Shown here in pieces: positions 11,007 to 19,456 of a stretch of DNA of 64,000 bases. Under the pieces are notes generated by a model. It did not search any database. It was not told where the DNA came from and was given only the letters and a program-made list of their open reading frames with translations. The number at the start of each line of letters is the position of its first letter. Position 1 is the first letter of the stretch. Origin of the DNA: Bdellovibrionales bacterium (lineage in GTDB: Bacteria; Bdellovibrionota; UBA1018; CAIMNF01); assembly GCA_040380025.1 (NCBI GenBank), contig JBEIJY010000001.1, positions 96,001-160,000 on the forward strand, given 5' to 3'. Both the position numbers and the translations under genes were made by a program.

Positions 11007-11549
11007 TCAGATCCTCGCTATGGTGAGCAGTCGCTCGATTGGAAACAGCCAGAAAGAAACAAACCAATACCGAAACGAATCCATACTTCCCTTCCAGCCC
11101 TGAAAACGCAGGCTCACGGCGAAGCGGCGGTTCTCGAGAAAGACCTCGCGCAGGCGTGTCCGATCGAGGCCTGCGAACATGGTCGAGAGCGCCTCCTCGG
11201 TGCCGGTTTCCAAAAAGCCCCGACTGAAAAGAATGGTCACCGCCCCGGAATTCCGAACCCAGATCATCGCCTCAGGCACCGGAGACCGGTACTCGAAAAA
11301 ATCCGCCTCCATCCGGGCAGGCGCGGAGGCAATCCAAATCCGCTGGATCGTGGTGGAGGCCCGGGAGTCGAGAGGAAGCGCGCGAAACCGCTCCAGAACC
11401 CTTCCGCGCGAGTCGTAAAAAAACAACACCACAAACCCGGCACCGCAGAATGCGGCGATTCCGGCCATCAGTACGGACTGAAGCGCCAACGCCACCGACA
11501 ACAGGGGCAACGAGCAGGACATAAAAAGAATCAATGCAATTCGGATCAC
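11007..11549 (-). CDS. Membrane protein, weakly HtpX/M48-like without zinc motif
   Basis: Two N-terminal TM segments; SPVPEA...ILFSRGFLE...EEAL resembles M48 core, but no HExxH. Confidence 0.45.
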   Translation of the reverse strand: MIRIALILFMSCSLPLLSVALALQSVLMAGIAAFCGAGFVVLFFYDSRGRVLERFRALPLDSRASTTIQRIWIASAPARMEADFFEYRSPVPEAMIWVRNSGAVTILFSRGFLETGTEEALSTMFAGLDRTRLREVFLENRRFAVSLRFQGWKGSMDSFRYWFVSFWLFPIERLLTIARI

Positions 11550-11584
11550 GGTTCCGCCTCTGGTCTTGCCATCTTGCTCTCTTG

Positions 11585-12064
11585 CTAAGGAAGGGTCAAT
11601 TCTTCAAGATACTCGATCGACTCCCGGATGCCTCGCACCGACTTGATCCGCCAGACGTCCTGCTCCTTCACAATCGTACACAACTTTCGTTGGGTGATCC
11701 GGGTGGATTTTTCCTTCTCCCCCTCCTCGAACGAGAGCTCGTAGGTCAGAGCCACCTCGGCATCGCCGACCCGGTTGCTCTCGAGGATTTTGAGCCCAGT
11801 GAACTTCCGTTTCGACTCCAAAAACGCCTTCGCGAATTGTTCGTCGCTCCATGAATTCAGGCGGCTCTTCGAGTCGCCCGTGAGGAGCTCCTCCATCTTT
11901 TTTTTGTCTCCGACCGAGGAGGCATTGAAGCTGATCCTAATGTATTCCCCGAGCACCTTGGCCGGCGTACTGTCCCGTGCCGGCGGGGTACACCCCCAAA
12001 CCAAACTGGTGAGAAGGGCCATTGCCCCGGCCCCCGCCCGCATGACCCCTCTCCCACCCCTCAT
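11585..12064 (-). CDS. Hypothetical lipoprotein (possibly NTF2-like)
   Basis: ALLTSLVWG|C lipobox; C-terminal ...VKEQDVWRI beta pattern. Confidence 0.6.
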   Translation of the reverse strand: MRGGRGVMRAGAGAMALLTSLVWGCTPPARDSTPAKVLGEYIRISFNASSVGDKKKMEELLTGDSKSRLNSWSDEQFAKAFLESKRKFTGLKILESNRVGDAEVALTYELSFEEGEKEKSTRITQRKLCTIVKEQDVWRIKSVRGIRESIEYLEELTLP

Positions 12065-12750
12065 AATCCCTTTCCCCTCAGTCGTTGAACCAGTCCGGTG
12101 TACAGGCTCAGATGATAAAGGTCTTTCACCAAAAACTGAAGACCTGCGCCCGTGTTTTCGCCGCGAAAGAGCGCCATAACCCTGCCCTCGCCTTCGACCG
12201 GAACACCCTCGACCTCGACCCGCAGCCCCACCTTCGAGAGCGGCGTCAACGAAACCGGTGAATCAAAAAAAACAAAACAGCCCTCGAAATCGATCTTGCG
12301 AACCGAGGCCATGACCGTGCTCCCGCCGACCTGCAGGACCGCACGAACCCCGGCAAGCCCGCGGGGCTTGCCGTCGTACCATTCGCAGTCCGGATTGATC
12401 CCGGCCGAGGACAATCGTTTTTCGAGCCAGAAACCGAGGGCGATCGAGATCATCAGAAAAAACAGGGACCCGGCCATGACCGTAAAATCACGGCCCGGGA
12501 TCGAGGGGATGAGCGCGGAGAGGATCACCGCCCCGATCGCGGAATACAGCGCGAACCGCACACGGAACAGCCCTCGCCTTAGAAAGAACGGAAAGGCCCA
12601 GGCACCCAGAAGGCCCAACACCGAAACCCAGATTCGCGCCTCACGACGAAAGAGCAGATCGTTCGGATGGAACGAAAACCACATCACGGCCGGAAGAAGG
12701 CCGAAACAAAACAAAGCCCATCTAGGGATTCCGTAGATCCTCAATCTCAT
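12061..12750 (-). CDS. Membrane protein with C-terminal PilZ-like domain
   Basis: Four TM segments followed by VRKIDFEGCFV...EGEGRV...GAGLQF PilZ-like barrel. Confidence 0.65.
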   Translation of the reverse strand: MRLRIYGIPRWALFCFGLLPAVMWFSFHPNDLLFRREARIWVSVLGLLGAWAFPFFLRRGLFRVRFALYSAIGAVILSALIPSIPGRDFTVMAGSLFFLMISIALGFWLEKRLSSAGINPDCEWYDGKPRGLAGVRAVLQVGGSTVMASVRKIDFEGCFVFFDSPVSLTPLSKVGLRVEVEGVPVEGEGRVMALFRGENTGAGLQFLVKDLYHLSLYTGLVQRLRGKGL

Positions 12751-13585
12751 GCCGGATATCGTCCATGCGGATCGATTGTTTGCCAAGCTCGAATCGACCG
12801 CCAAAGGTAGGATCGGCGCGGTCCAGGCGCTGCTTCAGGTGGTCCGGGAGGACTCCCCGCGCGATCCAGGCGCGAATTTGATGCTCGGCGCGGAACCAAA
12901 GCACGGGACTGCCAAGATCAAGCCAAGGAGCACTCGAACGCACGAAGCCGACTTTCCCGGCGCGAATCGCGGGCTCGAGAACCGCGGGGACGAACTCGGC
13001 GGGCACCCCCGGAGGAAGATGCGAGAACGCATCGGGCTCGAACACGGCGGTCCCCGTGAAGAAGGGGACTCTTGGTTTTTTTTCTCCGAACCCCGTGATG
13101 AGTCCGCTTCGGGAATCGGCGAGAATCTCGCGGTACTCCCCTTCTTGCTCCGCAAGAACCGGCCCGTCCGCGAGCACGAGGGTCATGGACACCCCGTGAC
13201 GGGCGCGGAGCGCCCCGTGGGCGCGCACCAATTCAGCAAGATCAGCCAGATGCACCACATCGGCGTTCATCGAAAGAAACGGCGTTCCGCCGAGCACCTC
13301 GAGTCCTTGCCGGAGTCCGCCGGCGCTTCCGAGCAAAAGCCCGGACTCGTCGCTTTCGAGGATCCTCGGAATTCCGCCCGGGGATTTTCGCGAAAAACCC
13401 GAAAGAAACCGTCTCATCTGATCGGGGTGCGCGTGGAGGTTCACCGCAACGGGATCGATTCCGGCATGACGGAGCGAGAGAAGCGCGTACTCGAGACAAG
13501 GAACTCCGTACAAGGGAATCAGCGGCTTCGGAACCCGATCGGTGAACGGCCTGAGCCTCGTACCCAATCCCGCGGCAAGCACCAT
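12722..13585 (-). CDS. murU: Sugar-phosphate nucleotidyltransferase (MurU-like)
   Basis: VLAAGLGTRLRPFTDRVPKPL, LLGSAGG, NAD, WLDLGS; directly downstream of an AmgK-like kinase. Confidence 0.7.
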   Translation of the reverse strand: MVLAAGLGTRLRPFTDRVPKPLIPLYGVPCLEYALLSLRHAGIDPVAVNLHAHPDQMRRFLSGFSRKSPGGIPRILESDESGLLLGSAGGLRQGLEVLGGTPFLSMNADVVHLADLAELVRAHGALRARHGVSMTLVLADGPVLAEQEGEYREILADSRSGLITGFGEKKPRVPFFTGTAVFEPDAFSHLPPGVPAEFVPAVLEPAIRAGKVGFVRSSAPWLDLGSPVLWFRAEHQIRAWIARGVLPDHLKQRLDRADPTFGGRFELGKQSIRMDDIRHEIEDLRNP

Positions 13586-13589
13586 TCCG

Positions 13590-14675
13590 CTAGAAATAGT
13601 AGTAATGATACAGAACCTCCCGAAGCTGGGAAAACTCGGGGTATTTGAGAAGATTCCTGCGGATGTTCTCGAAGGTGTTCCCGATGAACTTCAGATAGCC
13701 CGGGTTCCCCCGACGGTTCAAGAAAGAAGCGAAGCTCCCGATCGCCTTGAAATTGCGCTGAACCGCCATCAGGTCGAAAAGCCTGAGAAAGCGCGCCTCG
13801 TCGTTCACGGGGGACCCTGCGGCCGCCATGCGATCGAGGTAATAGCGCACGAGGTGCCGGATCTGGGCCTCATCGAGTTGATAGTAACTGTCCCGGAGAA
13901 GCGAGGCGAGATCGTACTGCGGCGGTCCCATCCGCGCATCCTGGAAATCGATCATGACGTAGCGGCCCGAGGATGTGACCATGAGATTCCGGCTATGATA
14001 ATCGCGATGGGTGAACACCACCGGTTCGGCGGCCAGTTCGGAGCAGATCTTGAGAAATCCAGAATCGAGGATTTCACGGTCGCGGGGACGGATCTTCCGT
14101 TCAAGATGCTTCTCGTAAAAATGCTCGAGGGTGAAATTCACCTCCCACATGAGCTTTTCGACATCGAAGCGAAGCCCGAATCCGCTGATCGATGCGCGCT
14201 CTTCCGCGGTGGCGTGCGCCGGTCCCGAGGCGGTGTGCAGTGCGACCAGGGCATCGATCGCTTTTTCGAAGTACGCGCGTTCCTGCGCGCCATCCGACAC
14301 TTCCTGGAGACTGCGAAGGAGTGTGGTGTCCCCGAGATCTTCGAGCAAAATGAACCCTTGGACGGGATCGGTATCGAGGACACGGGGAACATCGACCCCG
14401 GTCCGGGCCAGATGGCGCTGGATCGAGAGAAACGGAATCTCGCCCGTCTCGCCGGCAAACGGCTCCATGGCCATCACCACGAGCGTGCTTTCGGAATCGG
14501 ATTCGGGGTCATGGGCGCGAATGCGATAATAGCGGCGGGTGCTGGCATCGCCGGGCATCTTTTCGATGGACCGGATGTTCCGGGTTCGTTCGAGAAAAGA
14601 CTGCATCCCCTGCTCTTCGCTCAAGTGTGCTTCCATCGCAATTTTCACCTCGTCCAAAACGGTTCTTCCAGGCAT
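13590..14675 (-). CDS. amgK: APH-family kinase, AmgK-like (MurNAc/GlcNAc anomeric kinase)
   Basis: GDASTRRYYR, LLEDLGD, HRDYHSRNLM, IDFQDA.MGP..YDLASLLRD motifs. Confidence 0.8.
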   Translation of the reverse strand: MPGRTVLDEVKIAMEAHLSEEQGMQSFLERTRNIRSIEKMPGDASTRRYYRIRAHDPESDSESTLVVMAMEPFAGETGEIPFLSIQRHLARTGVDVPRVLDTDPVQGFILLEDLGDTTLLRSLQEVSDGAQERAYFEKAIDALVALHTASGPAHATAEERASISGFGLRFDVEKLMWEVNFTLEHFYEKHLERKIRPRDREILDSGFLKICSELAAEPVVFTHRDYHSRNLMVTSSGRYVMIDFQDARMGPPQYDLASLLRDSYYQLDEAQIRHLVRYYLDRMAAAGSPVNDEARFLRLFDLMAVQRNFKAIGSFASFLNRRGNPGYLKFIGNTFENIRRNLLKYPEFSQLREVLYHYYYF

Positions 14676-14680
14676 GCCCT

Positions 14681-15433
14681 TCAGCGGATCTGATCGAGTT
14701 CACTCTTGAACTGCAGAAACTCCGCGCTCCTGACAATCGGTTTTTCAGCCGGAAGCAGCTCGCTCTTCGCACGATGCGCCTCCCTCAGCTCCGAGTTTAC
14801 TTCTTTTTCGGGGGTTTCGGAACCCGCATTTCGAAAAAATGACGGGTAGCGCTTGAGGATCGACACCATTCCGCGGGAGTCGTACCCGGCGAAATGAAGA
14901 AGGCGCGTTCCGATCCGGATCGACCGGATCCGCTCTTCGGAGGTGAGAGCGAATACACTTTCGGGCCCGAAAAGCGGGACTTCCCGGGAAGCCCCGGTAC
15001 CTCCTTCCGTAGCTTCAAGACGATTCGCAAGATGCCGCTCGATGATTCCGCCCAGCTCGAAGGCGATCGCGGCGGCTAGCTCGTTCTCGAATTCGACTTT
15101 TTTCAGGAATCCGAGCGGAACCGAGACTGTGGTTCCGGGAAACGAAAAGAACCGCGCTTGGGCGGGAGCCTGCTCGACATGAACCAATACCTCGACGGTC
15201 CCGAGCGGAAACCCCTTGGATGCGGCCGAAATCCGCGCCGCGGCCTGTTCGAGGTAGCGCCGGATGTGCGGCACATTCAGCAAGCGCGCCTTCGAGCGGA
15301 ACTCCCCCGTGAGTCCGCGCGCACTCTTCGTGTCGGCGGCGATCTGCTCCACCGGGGAGACGGTTTTCGGTGGCGGAGTGGAACACGAAGCCGCAAGGGC
15401 AAGAACGGCGGCGATCCTAAAACGAGAAAACAT
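14681..15433 (-). CDS. M48-peptidase-like lipoprotein lacking HExxH
   Basis: LALAAS|C lipobox; FSFPG.V.V..G.L...E.ELAAAIA-FELGG; AGYD.RGM. Confidence 0.65.
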   Translation of the reverse strand: MFSRFRIAAVLALAASCSTPPPKTVSPVEQIAADTKSARGLTGEFRSKARLLNVPHIRRYLEQAAARISAASKGFPLGTVEVLVHVEQAPAQARFFSFPGTTVSVPLGFLKKVEFENELAAAIAFELGGIIERHLANRLEATEGGTGASREVPLFGPESVFALTSEERIRSIRIGTRLLHFAGYDSRGMVSILKRYPSFFRNAGSETPEKEVNSELREAHRAKSELLPAEKPIVRSAEFLQFKSELDQIR

Positions 15434-16319
15434 CCTGCACGCTCCAAAAGAACCAGACGAGGCACATCAAGAACAGCAAAAACAGCAAGACGTAGGCTTT
15501 GGCGAAGCTCCAATTGAAGGGAAAATGCCGGTACGCCGAACGGAATTGCGATGCCCCCGCCCCCTTGGTGAGCCAGGGCACGGCTTTTTCGGCCAGAATT
15601 CCGGCTGTGGCGTCGAGACCGACCTGCCCCGAGTGCGCCGTTGCGAGTGCAGGATCGCCCCACCGCCCGTCGATTTTATGAAAAACATAATCAAAAAACC
15701 GAGAAACCGAGGGTTTCGGCGCGGGAACGCGCGCAAGGGTCTCGAATCCCGGACGGACCAGCGCGGGAGCGAGATGAAGCATCGCAGAGGTGTCGGCAAT
15801 ACCGCCGTGCTCGGAGGGAAGCGCGATCATCGGCGACAAAAAAACCTCTTTTGAGTCGACGAGCGCGCTCGTGATCGAAATCAATCTCGCCCCCGAGCCC
15901 GCAAACCAAGCACGACTGGTGACAATCTTCGCCGCCTCTTCGAGCGCGGTGACTTGCTTGGGCGAAAGATGGCTGTTCACGGCGATGAAGTTCTTGTGCC
16001 CGAGTCGCTTCAGATGCTCGCACTGGTCGACGACCGCGTCGCGCACCACATGGGGCCTGACCGGTGTGCAAAGATTCCGCGTGATTCCGTCGATGGTGAG
16101 CGGAATCAGGGGCATCAGAATGAAGTTCCAGGCGGGGAGTCGTTTTTCGAGTTCGCGGGCGATGCCCGAGGCCAGCGCCTCGGCATGGAAGAGCTTGGTG
16201 CCGAGCGGAAGATGGGGGCCGTGTTGCTCGATTCCGCCGACCGGAAAGAGAAACACTGTCAGATCGGGCCTGAGCGCGGTAAATCCGTCCGGATTCAGGT
16301 CGCGAAACGAGGCGATCAT
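15417..16319 (-). CDS. Creatininase family protein with C-terminal TM helix
   Basis: PVGGIEQHGPHLPLGT, VNSH, EHGGIADTS, G.WGDP..AT; ATGA overlap with upstream yceI. Confidence 0.75.
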   Translation of the reverse strand: MIASFRDLNPDGFTALRPDLTVFLFPVGGIEQHGPHLPLGTKLFHAEALASGIARELEKRLPAWNFILMPLIPLTIDGITRNLCTPVRPHVVRDAVVDQCEHLKRLGHKNFIAVNSHLSPKQVTALEEAAKIVTSRAWFAGSGARLISITSALVDSKEVFLSPMIALPSEHGGIADTSAMLHLAPALVRPGFETLARVPAPKPSVSRFFDYVFHKIDGRWGDPALATAHSGQVGLDATAGILAEKAVPWLTKGAGASQFRSAYRHFPFNWSFAKAYVLLFLLFLMCLVWFFWSVQDVFSF

Positions 16320-16939
16320 GCGCCGCAATTCTCGAGAATCCGCGCCTGGAGCTTCAACACCACCTGCGACCAGGTCTTCGAGACCCCGTCGGTGCCCGTG
16401 TGAAGAACCTCGCAAGTTTTATGAAGATCTTCGAACGCGGTCGAAAGGTTGAAATCCAGCACATCGAGATTCCCGGCCGCCTCGAACTCGCCCTCGAGCG
16501 TCCGGCGGTAGTGCATCGGAATAGGGCGGCTCTTGCCGTTCATGTTCAAAAGAAGCTCGAAACTTCCTTCGCGCTTGTCGCCCTTCGCGGTCCGGATGGA
16601 CGCACTCAGGAGCCCGTCCTTGGTGAAGAACTTGAAGAAGTGCTGAAAAAGGGTCAGATCGCGCGCGGGGTTTCCGGTCTGGATGGTTTTTTCGTCCCGC
16701 ACGGTGATTTCGCCCGTGAGGCCCGAAAGAAGCGCAGGCACTCCTTTGGTGCTCTCGAGACCGCCCTTCACGCCCACCTCGGCAAAGGAACCGTTCACCG
16801 CGACCTTTTGCTTGGTTTTGAAGGCGGTCCAGTGGATTTGAACCGAGGCCGGATCGAGGGTGTGCTTGCAAGCACCCCCAGCGCGGGCTGCGATCGGGGC
16901 AAGAGTCCAAATGGCGAGGATCACGATGATTTTCTTCAT
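16316..16939 (-). CDS. YceI family periplasmic protein
   Basis: Signal peptide; I.WTAFKT..KVAVNGSF, TGNPARD, CEVLH.G.DG..KTW pattern. Confidence 0.8.
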   Translation of the reverse strand: MKKIIVILAIWTLAPIAARAGGACKHTLDPASVQIHWTAFKTKQKVAVNGSFAEVGVKGGLESTKGVPALLSGLTGEITVRDEKTIQTGNPARDLTLFQHFFKFFTKDGLLSASIRTAKGDKREGSFELLLNMNGKSRPIPMHYRRTLEGEFEAAGNLDVLDFNLSTAFEDLHKTCEVLHTGTDGVSKTWSQVVLKLQARILENCGA

Positions 16940-17018
16940 GGCGGGTTCAGTGTACGTAAGCAAAAATACCTATGCAACTTTTTTGGTCGGGACAGCCACC
17001 CGGGGTCAAAAATAGCTT

Positions 17019-17047
17019 TTGCGCCAAAACCCAAGCTTTGGTAGCGT
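17019..17047 (+). promoter_or_regulatory. Candidate sigma70 promoter of tRNA-Ser
   Basis: TTGCGC-N17-TAGCGT; same -35 hexamer as before tRNA-Gln. Confidence 0.4.
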
Positions 17048-17070
17048 ACGGACTTCGACCAAGTTTCAGC

Positions 17071-17160
17071 GGAGAGATGGGTGAGTGGTCGAAACCACAC
17101 CCTTGCTAAGGGTGCAGGGAGTAACATCCCTCGAGAGTTCGAATCTCTCTCTCTCCGCCA
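17071..17160 (+). tRNA. tRNA-Ser (GCT)
   Basis: GGAGAGA acceptor / TCTCTCC-GCCA; anticodon arm CACCC-TTGCTAA-GGGTG; long variable arm; GTTCGAATC. Confidence 0.97.
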
Positions 17161-17164
17161 TTTT

Positions 17165-17206
17165 AAAAAAAGCCGGTGAGCCCGCAAGGGTTCAACGGCT
17201 TTTTTT
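17165..17206 (+). terminator. Intrinsic terminator after tRNA-Ser
   Basis: aaaaaagccg..gagccc-gcaa-gggttc..cggcttttttt. Confidence 0.8.
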
Positions 17207-17216
17207 ATTTTGCACA

Positions 17217-17367
17217 GCGGGGAGAGAGAGATTCGAAGCGAGCAGACCGGCCTGCGGTGCAGGCTGAGCGAGCGTGATGCGAGCGAAAGGTCTGCGAGGT
17301 GGCCAGGCGGAGGAGCGGCCGGATGGCGCGACGAGCGCTTGGCCGAATCTCTCTCTCTCCGCCATTT
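17217..17367. repeat. Element bounded by inverted copies of the tRNA-Ser 3' end
   Basis: gcggggagagagagattcgaa (17217-17237, inverted) ... cgaatctctctctctccgccattt (17344-17367, direct copy of 17140-17163). Confidence 0.9.
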
Positions 17368-17405
17368 AAAAAAGGCTTCCGGGCATTTCCCCGGAGGCCT
17401 TTTTT
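17368..17405. terminator. Bidirectional intrinsic terminator
   Basis: aaaaaaggcttccggg-catttc-cccggaggcctttttt. Confidence 0.8.
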
Positions 17406-17425
17406 AGTTCGTATCGCGGGAACCA

Positions 17426-18067
17426 TCACTTTGACTTCTTGTCGCATTCGAGACTTAGAATCGAATGCATTTTTTGAGGCATTTTCCACACAATTCGATC
17501 CAGCGGGATAGATGCGGCGGCCCATTGCTTCCTGTCTGCCAGCGGACCAACGAGTTCGGATTTCAGGAACTTCTTGAAGTCCTCGGAGCTTTCCTCGTAC
17601 CTCGCACCTTCGCAGGATTCCATCCGATTCCAACGCCTCTCAAATCCCAGAAGAACCTCGCGGCATTGCTCGTGCCTCAGCGAAACACGGGCTTGCTTCT
17701 CGCTATCATGGAAATCGGCAAAAAATCTCCGGATGCGAGCCTCGCATCGGACGATGGCGCCCCGATCCCACGCCGCTGACAGTACCCCGATCACAGCCGA
17801 GAGCTTGGTATCCAAGGTCACGGAATCGGGGGTTTTTCGGCTTTCGAGCAACACTCGCTGGCGGAGAGCCTCCGGAAGGTCCTGGACACCGTAATACTGG
17901 CATTCGACCGGGATAACCAACGGGCCCCTTTTTGTGGCGGCCCCGGAGAGCTGATCGAGCTCTTGGGTCACGGCATTCAGGCACGAAGAAGGCACCGCAA
18001 GAGCCGATTGCGAGGCAAATCCGGTCACTACCCCGAACAGAACCAAGAAAAGGAATCCCCTGCCCAT
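17426..18067 (-). CDS. Hypothetical exported Cys-containing protein
   Basis: MGRGFLFLVLFGVVTGFASQSALA|V signal; six Cys. Confidence 0.6.
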   Translation of the reverse strand: MGRGFLFLVLFGVVTGFASQSALAVPSSCLNAVTQELDQLSGAATKRGPLVIPVECQYYGVQDLPEALRQRVLLESRKTPDSVTLDTKLSAVIGVLSAAWDRGAIVRCEARIRRFFADFHDSEKQARVSLRHEQCREVLLGFERRWNRMESCEGARYEESSEDFKKFLKSELVGPLADRKQWAAASIPLDRIVWKMPQKMHSILSLECDKKSK

Positions 18068-18160
18068 GGTTTTATGATGAACGGAAGAGAGCAAAGTGGC
18101 AAGCGAGGGCAGCTTAGGTGAAATCCGCCAATCGCCTCAGGCCCATACTGAGCTCAACGC

Positions 18161-19303
18161 CTAATCCCCCGATTCCCCCCGGCGGGAGAGATCAAGCGTG
18201 GCCAGAAATTCATGTGCAGGAATGACACGGACCCCGCCCGGATAAAGCCTTGCTTTCGAAAGATGGAGTACTACCTGGATCTTTCGGGCATGGGGATGGA
18301 GCTTCTCGTAGTGTCGGAAGTTCTCGCTTGGATCCGGATCGCTCAGTTTCACCTCGATCAAATGAGTCACTGTTTTTCCGTCCATCACCGCAAAGTCGAT
18401 TTCCTGCTTCTGCTTGTTTCGCAGGAATCGAAGCTGAAGATCACACCCCTTGGCCTCGTTGAGATTCAGAATCTCTTTGTACAGGGACAAACCCACACAG
18501 TTCTCGAATCGGGCCGCTTCGTTTTCGATCCGGGGGAGGTCAAAAAAATACAATTTCGGCATCTTCTTGAGCGATGTCGCGGTAGTGCCCAGAGGATGGA
18601 TTCTGAAAAAAAGATATGAATTTTCGAGCATTTCGATCCAATTACGGATGGTCTTGTCGCTTTTCGAAAGATCCTCGCAAAGGGACTGATAACTCAGTAA
18701 TCCACCCACCTTTTCGGTGAGAAGCAAAAAAAGATTCTGAATATCGCTCAGGTTCCGGATGTTCTCGAGTTCGGCAAGATCCTGTTTCAGAATCACATCC
18801 AGATGGGAACTCCGCCATCGTCGATAATCGGAGACACTGCCACTGAAGAACGGCTCGGGGAAGCCCCCCACAGTCAGGATCCTCTCGAGAATCTCGCTTG
18901 AGGAGAGCGAGGGAAGAAGCTTCATTCCTTCTTTCACATCGATCGGAAGAAGCGTGTGATGAAAAAAACGGCCGGCAAGCGAATCCCCCGCTCTCCGGAA
19001 CGTGTTCATGCGGGCGCTCCCGGTCACGATCGTTTTTTCGGGTAAATGGCCGGTATCATACAACCCCTTCAGCCAGAGCTTCCAACGGTTGTGCTTGTGA
19101 AGCTCATCCAGCACCAAGGGAGTGTTCATTTCCCACCGCTGTTTGAGAATTGCGGTACGATCGTCCAGAAAATCGTAGTTATAGTAGGTGCAATCGGGGA
19201 ACAGAGATCGGGCAAGAGTGGTCTTTCCCACTTGCCGTGGCCCGCTCAGCAGAACCAGCTTTTTTCCGAGGTCTTTTTTGAGGTCGGTGCCGAGACTTCT
19301 CAT
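18161..19303 (-). CDS. AAA_14/DUF4143-family ATPase with PD-(D/E)xK-like C terminus
   Basis: GPRQVGKTT, LDELHK, VTGSAR, GDSLAGR, GGFPEP, KMPKLYFFD, FEN, QEIDF...IEVK. Confidence 0.9.
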   Translation of the reverse strand: MRSLGTDLKKDLGKKLVLLSGPRQVGKTTLARSLFPDCTYYNYDFLDDRTAILKQRWEMNTPLVLDELHKHNRWKLWLKGLYDTGHLPEKTIVTGSARMNTFRRAGDSLAGRFFHHTLLPIDVKEGMKLLPSLSSSEILERILTVGGFPEPFFSGSVSDYRRWRSSHLDVILKQDLAELENIRNLSDIQNLFLLLTEKVGGLLSYQSLCEDLSKSDKTIRNWIEMLENSYLFFRIHPLGTTATSLKKMPKLYFFDLPRIENEAARFENCVGLSLYKEILNLNEAKGCDLQLRFLRNKQKQEIDFAVMDGKTVTHLIEVKLSDPDPSENFRHYEKLHPHARKIQVVLHLSKARLYPGGVRVIPAHEFLATLDLSRRGESGD

Positions 19304-19304
19304 G

Positions 19305-19367
19305 TTTACTTTATCGGATCAAACTCCGAGAAAGTAAATACTTTTCCGGAGTTCGCTCCGGGAAAGT
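19305..19367. promoter_or_regulatory. Tandem pair of 28-bp palindromic operators
   Basis: actttatcggatcaaactccgagaaagt (19308-19335) and acttttccggagttcgctccgggaaagt (19340-19367), abutting the ATPase start codon. Confidence 0.65.
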
Positions 19368-19456
19368 TAAAGCATCGTGTATTCAGATACTTAGAATACC
19401 AAAATCGGAGCTCATGCGATCCCTGCCGCACACAGCAGGAAAGGAAGGGTGCGAAA

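Noticed and set aside
19046..19456. N-terminal extension of NadR in the ORF track
   Set aside because: It overlaps the opposite-strand ATPase and the operators; homology begins at ATG 19457 after an AAGGAAGG RBS.
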